A DNA stretch of 57,907 nucleotides, counting the filler, from Sphacelaria rigidula (lineage: Eukaryota): assembly GCA_964200075.2 (NCBI GenBank). It is 9 parts of 9 records of this genome, joined end to end, with 100 filler letters (N's around TTAATTAATTAA, not from the genome) between each part and the next. Parts side by side here need not be neighbours in the genome. Positions count along the whole stretch, not along the records: positions 32,228 to 38,572 come from CAXNAA020020636.1; positions 38,673 to 45,017 come from CAXNAA020020637.1; positions 45,118 to 51,462 come from CAXNAA020020638.1; 6 more parts are not named here. The stretch is one strand, 5' to 3'. Below are positions 33,851 through 47,342 of this stretch, piece by piece; positions within the stretch are counted from its first letter, which is position 1, and the number at the start of each line of letters is the position of its first letter. The notes below the pieces were generated by a model that worked only from the letters and a program-made list of their open reading frames with translations, did not search any database and was not told where the DNA came from. Position numbers and translations under genes: made by a program.

Positions 33851-36800
33851 TGGCTGGGTGCTTTCTGGGATGTCCCCGGTAAAGACGAGTTTGAGAACGA
33901 TATCACTACGGGTTATCAATGATGGCGGAGGTCGAGGTCCGTTTGCCGTTGATGGATTGGCTATTTGTTTTCAGACTGCTCATGAGTTGAGTCGGCGATG
34001 AAGCTTTCACGAAGAAAAGGTGTGCGATGCATAAGTTTTCACGGAGTTGAACAAGCAAGAGACAAGCTGCGTTCTAGACGTGTTGGATTCTTATTTGATT
34101 CTAATTTCAGGTATATTGCTTGGCTGTTGCACTCCGTTGCGCAGGTGTTAAATGCACGACAGAGAAATTTGTATGTTGAACGGTATCGAATGCGAGAGGC
34201 GGATTGTCACGATGGCGTCAGAATTTGAAGTTCATTGACGTTCACATTTTCTTGCCAGTTTGGAGTCAGGAGACTTGTTTGAGGCATGGGTTTGAAAATT
34301 GGGCGGCAGCTTTTGCTCCATGACTCGAAGCGATGCAAGTAGCGTGATTGCGTGTTCATGATGGACGTTTTGGATCTCTTGCAAGTTGTTCGGAAATTGG
34401 ACAAGCTTGTGTGGCTGTTATCGTATACTGCGGTAGGGATTGTCATTCTCTGTGGAAAATGACGGTAGACTTGGGCAACAATGATGTCTGAGTTTATCAA
34501 GCTCTAGGTTGACTACTTGTCGGTAGTAAGCGAGCTTTGGGGGTGCTGTAAACTCCGGGCAATATTGTTACCTTGATTCGGTACATGACTGCAGTGTAGA
34601 GGATGCATAGCAGGCATTGATAGTCTGGTGGAGGGATAACGGATCTGAGATTATGATCGGTGGACTCCGTGATGTATCATGTTTGCATACGAGGTGCAAG
34701 GTCACTTCTGGTTAACGAAGACTGCTGTTTGTATGACTGCTCGAGTCTTGAAGTCTCTGGAGCCCGTGGTAGGGAGAAGGCCTCTTGAGCAGCACTGTAA
34801 CCTTAATCTGATTCCAGGCAGGTTCACAGGGCGAGTCTATCTGCTCCAGTGATTCGGCGGGAGATTCTTCAGATGATTCGTAAGGGCGTTGGCTTGCAGG
34901 AAAAGTGGATGCCGGGATGGCGGATGTGGATTCGCTGGATTGCGTGGTGTTGCGGTGGTCGTACGCATTGCTGTTTACATGGACAGCTTTGGCGAATTTG
35001 GCGGCGACGGCGGAGGTGTCTACACTGTTGTGCCGTGGGATGTTTGAGGAGGATCGTGTGCCATCACGAGGTGTTGCTCTTCGGGACTGTGTAGCTGTTT
35101 CCATTTCGCCTCACGATTCCTCTGTAAAACTGACTGAAAAGCAGGTGTTCAGTACTGCTCAAGTATCTGTGGAAGCAAGATGGCTTGTCGCATTGGTTCT
35201 GCAGAGCGAATATACCGTTTAGTGGGGAGCTGGGCGGCTCCAGGAGGGTACGAGCTGTAGCTGAGCCTGTAGAGAAAGTACAGTAGCACCTCTAGCATGA
35301 GGACGGCAGCATATGGATATCACTTTGGATCGTGTGACACCGGCTTGGAGGATGATTATTAAATGCGTAGCATAATGTGTTTGTTTGGGGAGCAAAAAAG
35401 TGCCACTTCTGGTTAACGAAAGACTGCTGTTTGTATATCTACTCGAGTCTTGAAGTCTCTGGAGCCCGTGATAGGGAGGAAGCCTCTGCAGCAGCACTGT
35501 AACCTTGTCCTGATTCCAGGCAGGTCCAGAATAAACGTTTATTCAGAAAACTTGTCGTTTTTGGATTGGGTTTTTGAAGTCGCACTCGACCGTTTGTAGG
35601 ACTTGAGGACACTCACGTTGAATGACAGGGGGGGGAAAAGCGGCGGAGAGGGAAGGGAGCACCAGCGAGACGGTTGATGAGGTGAAGCTTGCAGTAACCG
35701 AATTGACATTGTGTGAATCCTTAAAAGTGCCCGAATATGGGTGAGTATTCAGTGAGCAAGCTTCCAGACGCTTTTACCAATGCTATTGACAATATGAGGA
35801 GGCAGTGGGGAAAAGTAACAAAGGCCGGTCGGTTAAGTGGTCACTCTTGACCGTGCAAGAGTTCGTGCCCAAGCACATCCAGAATTGCGTGTCTGACACC
35901 ATCTTTGGCGGATTGCCATTCGACAGAGACGAATTGCAGCAAGGGATTGCACGCCACGCGAAATGCTGGATTGATATGGAAGCTCGCATGCACTTTTTGA
36001 AGATATCTACCAAAGGCGCAAACGATCAAACAGGGGGAACCACGAAGAGGTTACATCCATTTTCCATGACAAATAAATCATTTCGAGCATTAATGGTTTG
36101 CCCCCCCTGACCACGGGGTAGGGCAAATACTTCATGTTTCGTTCATTCAAGCCTCGCTATTTCTGTTCACGGCTAATCGGCTTACATAGTACCGTGCCTG
36201 GTAGCATGTATGCACAACCAGATTGACATTACGGTCACACAAGCAGTTTTTTTGTGAATTTGTGAAGTATAGAGTAACAAGGACGTTCTTTCACCCTTGC
36301 ATCCGTGATCATGCATGAGATACTCTAATATGTCGTTCGCGTTCCTAAAAGCATATGCTGTACTCGGTACTAGTTGTAGCCGATAACATCTTGATAGCTC
36401 CTGAGTATTTTTTCCACAGGCAGTTCGTTAACCCCCATCTGCTGGTTGATATCGCGTTCAGGAGTTTCACTCAGGTGACACGGCCATCGTGACCTCATGT
36501 TTCCCCACAGTATGTAGACTCGAATAAACAGTACACGGCAGAGGTTCTTCTGCATGCATAGTCCGATATTTGATATCCGATGGTGATTCGGAACAGTTTT
36601 TTCCCACAGTGAAAGCACACTACTCATGCACTGTTTGACTGAGTACGAAGTCAACGATTTTATCGAGGAGATGGTGCTGGCCGTAAACGGTCAGCACCGT
36701 CATCCCGTATAGCCATATTGTAACAGAATCACAATAAATAAAACGGTAGCATATGGTGAAACCGAAGGGTGATATCCAACCCAATGTGCGGAGATGCAAA

Positions 36801-38274
36801 AGATTTTTTTTATCCAGCGGGTCTTGTCGAGTTTGAGTATATGTGGAGCAGGATAGCGTGGTTCCATTTCAGTTGTATCAAACTGCAGAATCGTGTTGTG
36901 TTGCTCCTTTCAGCTGCATCACACAGCAGAAAGCACACAGCAGCTGCTGCATGGAATTATTTAGCAAAGCAGTGTGGAGAGTCATGCAATCCTAGTATCC
37001 ACCGTGACTCTACTCAATCAGGTCTACACGACAAGATTTGACCTGTCACGGCTTTAACGCAAGCATTGCGTCGTCTCATCACACGGCGAAATCAGAGCTG
37101 ATATTTCATGTTGACTGTAAACGACGTGTGTCACCGTAGGCACGGCGGTCTTTGTTGAGTTTCCCCGTGAAGGCACGTCTGCAGACATTACATGAGCCAA
37201 CTCGCATCACAGCCATAGCTACTCTTCACAACTGTAGCATAATAGAGTAGAACGGGTGTCTTGCCTTCGAGTGGAAACATCTTTTCAAACTGTTGGAGGA
37301 CCTCGTCAACCGAAAGATATTGGTCATGCAGGGACGTGGCTGCTCACGGCGGGCAATTGTACTTAATTACCCGTTGTACAGTCCTGAGAAATACACATAC
37401 GAGGCAGGGCGATTATAGCTGCATCTCTGACATTAGACTCAGTCGTTTAGCGATAACCGCTGCGCCAACGCCGTGGACACGCATCTTCAGGTGACGTAGG
37501 ATAAACGCAGCCGACAGCGCGTTCAAGCGCACACGGGATTGACCGAGGATCAGTTCGGTGATTCTCAGACAGCAAAATTCGTCATCACATGCGGGGTTCT
37601 TATTTGAGGCGAAATTCAAATCTTCATATATGTGGATCGAAACATCACGGTGGCTGATGCGTTGTTGAAAGAGCGCATTTCGGAAAATCTCAAGAGGAGT
37701 GATCAATATGTCACAGATGACAACAGTCGACACAATAGTCCCGGTTGGAAGCACCATGATACAAACAGAACAGTGTTGTATGTAATTGTTGTTGACATGC
37801 GTATCTCTACTGTGCGAGTCGATATCCTAGAGCGAACAAGCATCTACTTAGGTCAAATCATGCGTAGACAAATGCATGATGATTAATATATATCATGTTG
37901 AACACGCAGGAACACATTGGAAATACACCATCCTGATTGTGTACTAGTTCGTTCACAACTACTATGTCGACCTCCTTACATCTGCTCACTTCTTGAATCA
38001 ACATCTTACAGTCTCACCGTATTTCTTGAAACAAACGTAAGCTCACAGCACGTGGGTAGATCCAACTTAGAACGATAGACGACGAACGTCACGATATCTT
38101 GACCACCGCTTCAGGTCGATTCGATTTCTCTTTTCCACTTGGTGGGGTTTAACTTGGCACTTCGATGAAGTGAACCCCAGGGTGCTAGTCGAGTCGATTT
38201 CTGTAAGGAACCGGATCCCACCAGATGTAAAGAGGCATGTCATGTATACCGTCTTTTGGCGGATTACTTCGGCT

Positions 38275-38572
38275 GTGTTTAAATGGTGAGACAACCATGA
38301 GGCAGTGTATCAGCCGTGACTGTCTCTGGAAGTGGCGATACCAGAAAATGAAGCAATTCATTGAAGGCTGTCATCCAAATGCAAGATAATCAGTACTCTT
38401 TGGGCAGAACAATTTTAGCAGGATGCAGCTCACCCTTCATGCGACTCACCGAGCGCATGACGGCGCTTCATGGTTGGTGATTGATTGCGAGCCTGGTCTG
38501 GCGAAAGCCCAGCGTGCTCCGCCCCGGCTTTGTAGGGATGCGAGGTCAATGGTCTTATGAACATGGCATGCA
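38275..38572 (+). mobile_element. Non-LTR family B copy (partial)
   Basis: Homology to 4290-4585 and 12585-12792. Confidence 0.8.
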
Positions 38573-38672
38573 NNNNNNNNNNNNNNNNNNNNNNNNNNNN
38601 NNNNNNNNNNNNNNNNTTAATTAATTAANNNNNNNNNNNNNNNNNNNNNNNNNNNNNNNNNNNNNNNNNNNN

Positions 38673-39262
38673 AAACAAAGGAACAAACACAAAGAAAAAA
38701 AAAAAGCAACAAGAAAAAAAAAAAAAGGGGAAAAAAAAACGGGAAAAAAAAAAAAAAAAAAGGGAAAGGAAAGGAAAAACAAAAAAAAACCGGAAAAATG
38801 GAAGCAACGCGAAAAACAAATAATGACAAAAGGAAAACAAGAAAAAAAACACACGTAGCCATGCAACCTTGCTTTGGACGTGCCACCAGGCAATTGCTCG
38901 TAACCCTGATTTGCGAAGCAATGGAAGCAAGTAAGCAACAAAACCAACGCGAAGCAAAGCAAAGTAAACCGAACCAAACCAAAACCAAACCAAAACCAAA
39001 CCAAAACAATTGAAATCATCGATTCCATCGAATTAAATTAAATTAAATTCAACCTCAGTCAATTCAATTCACGTCAACTCAGTTCAAACCGACACCAACA
39101 AAAAGAGCACAGACCAACCTGAACCAACGCAAACCGAAACAAAGCAATGCAAAGCAATGCAAAGCAATGCAATGCAATGCAATGCAAAACGAACCAAACC
39201 AGTGCGAAACGAAGACAAGCAAAAGCAAAAGCAAAACGAACCGAAACAGAACAAAATAAAAA
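38673..39262. repeat. A-rich low-complexity and pentamer microsatellite field (AAACC, AATGC, AAAGC, AATTC)
   Basis: Direct inspection. Confidence 0.85.
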
Positions 39263-39718
39263 CCCCACACTCGAATCACCTGTTATGGAGAGGGGCGGCG
39301 GTAACAGACCAGTGGCAGACGCCTTCACCATCGCAGGCGTTGGCAGACGGGGGAAACGGGTGCGAGAGCTCGTCTAGCCTACCCACATCCAGCCACACCG
39401 CCAGGGCCAAAAGCCTGTGGTTAAAACACAAGGGAAAAAAAGACGAAACAAAAAAACAGGGAAGGAATTGAAACAATCAATGGATATACCTTTGGCGGCA
39501 TCAGCAGGCCATCTCGGAGGGCCCCTCGTGGACGTGAGAAGTTGCAGCCTCGTGAAAAGCAACTGCTGATGGGTTGTAGTTTTCAACAACGTGCACGGGT
39601 CAGGTGCGTGGAATGCATACACGGTAGTGAGCATGTTTTCTTGTTTTTAATCAGTTAGTTACTGTTTTTTTTTATTTGCCATTAGTTCTTCCTCCGTTCA
39701 TTTTCCTTCACTTCTTCT

Positions 39719-39870
39719 CACACCCTGGACACTAGATAACATTGTCGAAAAAAGTGTGCTGCGTACAGACAGTATCGACTATTTACGTCTATCGCAACAG
39801 ACAACAGATTCTATACTGTACGCAGAACACTGTTTTCGCAATGCAACCTGTTGTCATCATCTAGGGTGTG
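39719..39870. mobile_element. Degenerate copy of the palindromic CACACCCTGGAC element
   Basis: CACACCCTGGACA...CTGCGTACAG...CTGTACGCAG...AGGGTGTG; related to 55997-56134. Confidence 0.65.
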
Positions 39871-39974
39871 CATTTTTGGTGATTAGTTTTGTTTTCTTGG
39901 TTGTTCGGTTCGTTTTCGCTACTGGTCCTTTAGTGAGTGCACTCCGTTTGTTCCATTCCTTTTTTTCTCATATC

Positions 39975-40115
39975 TCACTAATACTTTACCCTTTCTCGAG
40001 CTTTCTTCAGCGAGTGTTGAAGTTTGGTTTACCTTACGTACGTCATATTTTGTGGATGATGGTCACGGCTCGGTCCGTCGGGGGGATCAGTCAATGTGCG
40101 ACAATCAATCAATCA
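39975..40115 (+). mobile_element. Retroelement family C 3' end with (CAAT)n tail
   Basis: TTCTTCAGCGAGTGTT...CACGGCT...TCAGTCAATGTGCGACAATCAATCAATCAA. Confidence 0.65.
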
Positions 40116-40194
40116 AAACAAATCGAAACAAATTTCAGTTGTGAGGATTCGCTCCTATTATGCATCATATTTATTCTCATCCCTAAGAATACTA

Positions 40195-40377
40195 CAAGGG
40201 CAGATGGAGTAGTGTATGTACTTTTGAGTACTCGGGTAGAATACCCCAGTATTTACTCTACTCAAATTTTTATTAGGTTGAGTAAGACCTCAAATACTCT
40301 CCTCAAAATTTGAGTACTAAAAGTATGACTCTTCGGAAATACTGGGTATTGAGTATACTCTTCTCGACCTGCCCTTG
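40195..40377. mobile_element. hAT-like MITE (183 bp)
   Basis: TIR CAAGGGCAG...CTGCCCTTG; 8-bp TSD GAATACTA/GAATACCA; internal GAGTA/TACTC subrepeats. Confidence 0.8.
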
Positions 40378-41859
40378 GAATACCACTACTACCACCACTA
40401 CTAAACGTAGGAATTTCGACCTATCGCCGGTGTTGGCGTTGAACGGTGTTTCATTGGCGTTGGCCTTGAAAGGTGTGCCCGTGGAATTATTTCGAAATGA
40501 GTCCCAGTTTTCAAGGAATCGAGAAACAAAATGAAGAAAACAATTAACGATACTACTACTGTTATGGGGATCATCTGCTTCAGATAGCTTCGGAACAAAA
40601 CAGTGGGCCTGACGTCGGATAAAGGGGCTTAGCAAATGTTTTGAGATCCGTGGCACGGCGGACGCCTGATTGAAAACCTCAACCCTTGAAATCTTACGCC
40701 AAAAAATTCAAATTTCGTGGGCTGAATGAAGTCAATGAGTCAAAACAAAGGAAGATATACAGATGCCAAAAGGTGGTGCTAAGAGCTATCCTGATTCGAT
40801 TTTCATTATTCAGTTCACTCTGTTCCATTTTTCTTCCTTCGTCCGTCCTCTTTCTCGAGTTTTCCTCCTGCGAGGAAATTAGTTCCGTTCCGTTCACCTC
40901 GGGTACCGTCGGATGGATTCTCCGGGAATCAGTGAATGAATGTGTAACAATCAATCTTTCAATAAACCCATCAACCATTCAACCATTCAATCATTCAATG
41001 AACTAATTAATTAATCAAGCACTGAATCAAACAATCACCAAATCAATCACTCACTAAACCATGACGTCACTAACTTATCAGTAGATCAATAAATCAAGGA
41101 TCATGGATCAAGGATCAAGGATCAAAGATCAACACATCGAAACATCATGACACCAAAATACCATTAACGACAAAACGTCAAACATCACAGCATCAAAACA
41201 TCAAAAACATCAAAAACATCAAAATACCATTAATGTCAAAACGTCGAAAAATCAAAACGTCGAAACATCAAAACGTCGAAACATAATCATAGATCTATAT
41301 TGTAGGAAATGAGCTACTGTGCCGTGAAGCACGCTTGCAAGAGGAACACACGGATCACCACGCACGGGAAAAACACGAAAACTAAGGGCCACAGCACATC
41401 GCAGGAGATATTTCAAGGATCAACAGCACTGCAAAGCTCTAGGGGCTCACAGGTAAGGCAAGAGGAACACGCAGTACGTGTTGGGCCTGGCCAACGCCTC
41501 CAGGCGAATCTCCGCGGCCTCCACTAATCGAACACCGTGCTTGTAGAATATCTGGTGACCTGAAAAATAATAAAAATGAAGATCAAAATAAAAGAAAGAA
41601 AGAAGGTTAAAAAAAAAGTGTTCTGACACTCACTCGTGCTTCCGAGTAAATGACGAAGTGCTGTATCAGTCACGAAACCTGTGCCTCAAGTATCTCGATC
41701 ACTGGTGATGCTTCGGTCGATCGTCACAGTCATATCTTCTCGAAACTGTACGGCTATCGTACCCCGTGCCATCCTGTCGTAAGCCTGACATGCACACAAT
41801 TTCCCGAATTTGTGTTATGTAGGAACGATTTTTCGTATACCCAGGTTTTATCTCCCCGG

Positions 41860-42180
41860 GGATTCTCCGTACCCGACAATTCTGTGAGTTTTGAAAGCCT
41901 CTCATACCGGGTACTGGACAGTTCTGTAAGATCTGTACGAACTGTTTGTTTATTCTTGCCCGGGGTACGTACGGGTATACCCTCGTAGAAACACCCGGTT
42001 GCGGGTGAAGGTTTGTATGTGTACAACATAGATGCAGGTACCCGACAGGTTCTGTGAGTTTTGGAAAATACTTATTTTCATACCGGCACCCGGCAACTCT
42101 GTAAGTTCTGTAAGACGTCTTCCATACCGGTTGGTATCAGAAAGTTCTGTAAGATCTACAAGAGATCTCATACCATACCG
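41860..42180. repeat. Degenerate tandem repeat with a GTTCTGT(G/A)AG core, ~40-45-bp period
   Basis: Recurrent CATACCGG...AGTTCTGTAAGATCT units. Confidence 0.65.
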
Positions 42181-43537
42181 CGTGTAGTCTTCTTCTACAA
42201 GCGGTGACCTGTGGCGAGAAGGAAAAAAAAATGTGCGGTAACTAATTAACCTCAGCTTTCACGTGAATAGAATCGTTCGAAATACCAGCCAGCCAGTCCT
42301 AAAAACTCCAGTTTGCTTCTATGAATATTTTGTTATATAGTAGTCAGCAGCAGAAGTTTTCAGAAGTCGTAGTTCTTGTAGTTCTTGATTTTTTCTCGAG
42401 TGTTATTCTTCATTACTTCTTGAACGTGCTAGAGCGGTAAATTTAGGGGAAAGCGTAGGCCGCGCTCAAACTGCAGTGCCCAAATTGGTGGTTTTTGGGG
42501 CGATACGGACTAGATACCCCGTTTATCAGGAGGGTGTTATTGACCGTCTTTGGTCCGATAAAAACAGTTCTCCGGCTCATCCGCAACGAACCGGTAAATA
42601 TTCAGATGAATAAATACATATACAATTCTTCACAACAACGATCGAGATCGTGTTTTCCCTCCTACACTGCACAGACCTCAGTCAAGCATTTTCTTCGGAT
42701 GGCTTCTTTTCGGGTTTTCTCGCATAATATTTTCCATGAGCACTCGAAAGTGCTAGCGTCGATAGTTTCGGCGAAATAAGCAGAACGTGCTCAAATCGCA
42801 ATGCCCAGTTGGTGTTGTGGGGGCGATACGGAGTAACGACCCCCTTGATCAGGAGCGTGTTATTGATCGTGAATGGTCCAAGAAACATACTTTTGCGGCC
42901 ATAGCGCGGTGAATAGGTGAAATTAAAAAAAAGATATATATATATCATTTGTGAGTCTTTGCTTATATGATTGGGATCGAGTCGGTCCACCGAAAATACC
43001 GAAAAGCTAGAACCTGGGGTTGCACTTTCGCCGGATCCCGAAGATCGGTCAAGCCCGTAAGTCACTCAATATTGGTCCCCGATATTTTTCTTTCAATATT
43101 TGTAAAGAGGATGAAATATCTTCAGATGCCCATTTTTTGGCATCCAGCAGCCACTGTGATGAGCGGTGGCAAGCGAAACGATTTAGGAAAATCTTTGAGA
43201 AACTAAGAAATTACGAATTCTGCATACGTCTGACGCTGACTACTGTACAGTACTATCCTCCTCTCTTGTTTCTCTCCCTTTATTTTTCTTCCACCTTTTA
43301 CCCGTTTCTCGTGTTTCCCTTTTCAATTCTTTTTTTATTCGCGAGTGTTTTCCGTTTTTTCACCTTGGGGACATAGACACGCCTCATGTGATCACTGAGC
43401 ACGGCTGGATATGTAAGTCGGAACGTTAATCATGTGCGACAATCAAGTGAGCAGTCAATCAATCACATCCATCGACCATCAATGATGCGGGCCGTAGTAA
43501 AATAAACCAGCGCTTGTGGCAATTACATGCTCAGCAA

Positions 43538-43910
43538 TGTGTGTGTGTGTGTGTGTATGTTATCGTCCCATCTATTCTGGGAGCCAGTCAACACCTTTCC
43601 GTATATGTGAGCACATCAGCCGGGGTCACATAGGAGGAAAAGGCCAACACAGGAGTTTTTTTCTTCACTTTTCCACCATCTTATGCGGTTTTTGCCTCTT
43701 TTTTTTCGCGAGAGGGGTTCAGCGGTCCCTTTCCCTCGTCGACCGTGATGTCGGACTATTGTGTGCACCCACGATATAGATGATCGCTCTCCACTGTTGG
43801 GCATTGCGTGAGAAAAAATCCCAGATCGTGTGACTGCACCGAGATTCGAACCCACGACCCAACCGTTATAGTTTTTGGAGGTTACCAACTGAGCCCAGCG
43901 GGGCGACCGG
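43538..43910 (-). mobile_element. tRNA-derived SINE, full length
   Basis: (GT)n tail, body, and head GATTCGAACCCACGACCCAACCG...CCAACTGAGC...GGGGCGACCGG; reverse complement of 3037-3428. Confidence 0.85.
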
Positions 43911-44035
43911 TGTATGGTATCACGGCAATGATACTTGTATATGGCTCATGTTAGGGCTCATCGTCCCCAGCTATGCCATACTCTACGAAGCAACGTCCAA
44001 GGCGTTCCCCCTCACTGAAAGGATGCCCTTCCCCT

Positions 44036-44750
44036 CCTCCCATAGTTGATGGGGCTATATGGGAAACGAAAGGACAGGCACCGAGAAGGTGGGATAGCGT
44101 AGTCGAAAAAGTGTGGAAGGGTATAGGAGGGAAGCAATTGACGAGATCATGGCCACGGATGAAGGTGTGGGGTACAAGACAAACATAAAACGAAAAAATA
44201 GAAATAATGGGGAAACTGGCGTTAAGAGAGAAAGTGGACGAGGGAGAGCTCCTGGAGATGAACGGGGGAGTTGAGGAAGAGATCGGGATGGTAACATAAA
44301 TGCACAGTCAAACGGACCACGCTGAGAACCTGAAAGTGCGATTTCGGGTTGGGGACCTGGATCAGCTAAAAAGGAGGAAGAGCTACAGCGGTAGTCGGGT
44401 AGAGCAGGAAGTAATTCCACAGAATTGCCGTTGTGGCAAGCCAAGAGAGAGTACAAGTCACGTAGTGGGAAAATGTGAACTACTGCATACATGTTAGATT
44501 AGATGATCAATGGCTATAACATGAAATCATTCGGTACTTTATATAGAAGCGAGGAAAACAATCGCTGTACGACGAGATAGATGATGGCCACAGACGGCAA
44601 AACAGGAAGAGGATACTACGTGAGACACGCAAAAGATTCTTATGCAAAGGTACGGAAAAAAAATGTAGTGAGCGCCGAATTGTGAGAGTGCCTATTGTAG
44701 CTTCAGGAACGGCGCTCCGTCTCGAAAGGGATGCGCGGTCAACGGTCACG
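44036..44750 (+). mobile_element. LINE family A, older diverged copy
   Basis: Homology to 9125-9830 (CATAGTTGATG...GCGATTTCGGGT.GGGGACCTGG...GCTCCGTCTCGAAAGGGATGCG). Confidence 0.8.
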
Positions 44751-44830
44751 CAAAAAAAAAAGGCATCATCATCCTCGTCACCAACAAACAACCCTGGGTT
44801 CATTTCAATCCACTCCAACCGCTGTCTCTC

Positions 44831-44951
44831 GCCTGGTCCGGCGGAAACCCGTGGTGCTCGGTCCCGGCTTTGTAGGGATTGGAGGTCAATGGTCTTACAA
44901 CTGCGGCATGCAAGATCATAAGTACCCCCCCCCCCCCCCCCCCCCCCCCCC
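44831..44951 (+). mobile_element. Family B short 3' fragment with long poly(C) tail
   Basis: ...GCATGCAAGATCATAAGTAC followed by ~27 C. Confidence 0.8.
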
Positions 44952-45887
44952 GCGCCCCTGCCCCACGGGCGGCCGGGGCCCATATGGAGGTGGCTGAGGG
45001 CGGCCAAAAATCGGGTGNNNNNNNNNNNNNNNNNNNNNNNNNNNNNNNNNNNNNNNNNNNNTTAATTAATTAANNNNNNNNNNNNNNNNNNNNNNNNNNN
45101 NNNNNNNNNNNNNNNNNGTCATCATCCAGGATCCTACATGCTACATCTACTACGCCTTGGTGTATTTTGGCTACAAGGAGCATCAATGCGGCACATATAC
45201 ATACTGTACTGGTTGCCACGGGGAAGACGGAACCCGTATTTGTTGCTCCCTGGGGTAGTATACACATGGTGACGTTTTATCATGATGTCCACACGTCATA
45301 ATCCGCAGTACGGGCGTTTGCCGCGCAAGCTGTGTTTTCATGCGTAGAACCTGATCGGCTCTTGTATGCATAGAAGCTAGGTCTCGTGGTTAATATGCCC
45401 TAGCAAAGAGATCATGTTACCCAATAACACTTGTTCCATACTAGAGCACTGATTTTGTGTCCGAGGAGCCGCTAGCTTGCGACGCTTGGATTTCACAGCT
45501 GACTTCTACGGGAACAGCCTCTTCTGGTATACTGCAAACATTTTCAATACCAAAGGTTTTATCGCAGAATGAATCCGGCGCAATTCAACCGCTAGCATGG
45601 CTTGGTGATCCCTTGAAAAACAACCTCCTCGAGCCCGTCACCGCGGAGAAATGCCGGACAAATTCTGCTACGGTTGGGAAACTTGTAGCGTGAAGGTAGA
45701 TTGCTTGAACACTACACAGTCAAGCTATGGAACCATTTTTTGGAATGTCTGAATCAAATAAATGCGTTCCTAACGCATCCTACAAAGGTTCCGATCCCAC
45801 TAGCTGGCATGAGTCACTTCCATTTGAAGGTCGGGGACAGCACCCTCCCAACTCTCCCCTTCTCCGCACCCCCGAACTCCGCGCTCC

Positions 45888-46355
45888 TTTGAGGTTTGGC
45901 GTCGGTCAGCCATGGCACTGTAAGGCACGTCACTCCCAGCGTGAGCTAGGTAACCAGGTTCATGTTTTGTCGCTCAAGTTTTTGTTATGATACATCATAT
46001 CGTGCGGGGGATTGAACCTCAACTCCGCGCACATAGGAAGATCGCACTACGTTGTCGTTTAATGGCGTTACACCCACGAGGCACTTAATCGTGTGGCTGT
46101 CTCTAAAATCGGTGATACCAAAAATGAAGGAACTCATTCGAGTCTGTCATTCATACGACGCAAGTTAATTATCTCGCGTCGGGCCAAACAATCTTGAAGC
46201 TTCATACAACTCATCAAACGCATCACAGCGCTTCGCGCTTGGTTATCGATCGCGAGCCTGGTCCGGCGAAAGCCGGCGTGCTCCGTCACGACTTTGTAGG
46301 GATACGAGATCATCGGTCTAAGTGACTACGGCATGCATAACTATGACCACCCCCT
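45888..46355 (+). mobile_element. Non-LTR family B copy, C-rich flanks
   Basis: Homology along its length to 4091-4605. Confidence 0.78.
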
Positions 46356-47056
46356 TCCCTGCACCATACATGGTCGCTGGAAGCTATACCTAGGATCGCT
46401 ACAGATGTACCGGTTGTCCTCTCTCGATTTCCCACTTCACGTTTGGGCGCTTCTCATTCCACAGGGCGCTTCGAGGAGCCTCGCGGCGAGCGGACCGCCG
46501 AAGCCGACGGCAGTGACACGGGGAAAGGCCAGAAGTGGTGATTTACAGAAGCTCGTCGAGGCCGCCCGCATAGGTCAAGACGAGAGCAACAAGAGAAGGG
46601 GGAATGGATCGAGGAAACAGAGTAAGGCGGGGCTCAGGAGCAGAGGCCGAAGCCGGAGACGAGACACGATGGGCCCCGACAGCCCTTTCTGGCCGAAGCA
46701 TTGAAACTTGGTCCCAGCCTGAGTAATATAGAATCCGTTTAGTGATGTGGAGTACATCATCCTTTCCTCTCGTCCACTCACCCAAATACAGAGCACATTT
46801 GGATATGTGTCGAGATGTTGCTGGAAAGTATGGTTCGTAACTCGCCGTAAGGCTTTGTTCCCACGGTGCCTTGCGACTGCACCGCTTTGCTGCCATGCCA
46901 CCGGAAGTTCTGGTATCTGCGGCTGGCAAGATCTCCTGTCGACACCCTTCGATATGTGGACTCCTCGGGAAAATCAGGGTGTCTGTCCTTCTCCAGGAGA
47001 AAACTTGTCGTTGGATACGTACGTGAGGGGCCGTGGGCGACGGGAGAGGGGGGGGG

Positions 47057-47153
47057 TGTACTCATGATCATGCATGCCATAATCGTAAGACCGTTGACCT
47101 CGCATCCCTACAATGCCGGGACGGAGCACGCCGGGTTTTCGTCGGACCAGGCT
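47057..47153 (-). mobile_element. Family B short 3' fragment between G-runs
   Basis: Reverse complement of the family-B terminus; G-runs on both sides. Confidence 0.8.
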
Positions 47154-47299
47154 TGGAGGGGGGGGGGGGGGGGGGGGGTTTTTTTCTCCATTTTTTTTTT
47201 TGTAACGCCACGGCGTTGCTTCCGTGTTTGGGTTTTTGTGTGGANNNNNNNNNNGTGTCGTCCGCCCCGCCCGTGGTGGGGGGGGGGGGGGTGGGGGGT

Positions 47300-47342
<43 letters not shown>

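Noticed and set aside
38617..39331. Phe/Lys-rich ORFs
   Set aside because: Translations of low-complexity microsatellite sequence.
39280..39565. Two minus-strand exon-like segments with AG/GT boundaries
   Set aside because: Every phase combination hits a stop and there is no recognisable domain, so they cannot be supported as a CDS.
41447..41560. Minus-strand terminal exon candidate (GHQIFYKHGVRLVEAAEIRLEALAR...)
   Set aside because: Plausible acceptor but no homology or partner exon I can recognise.
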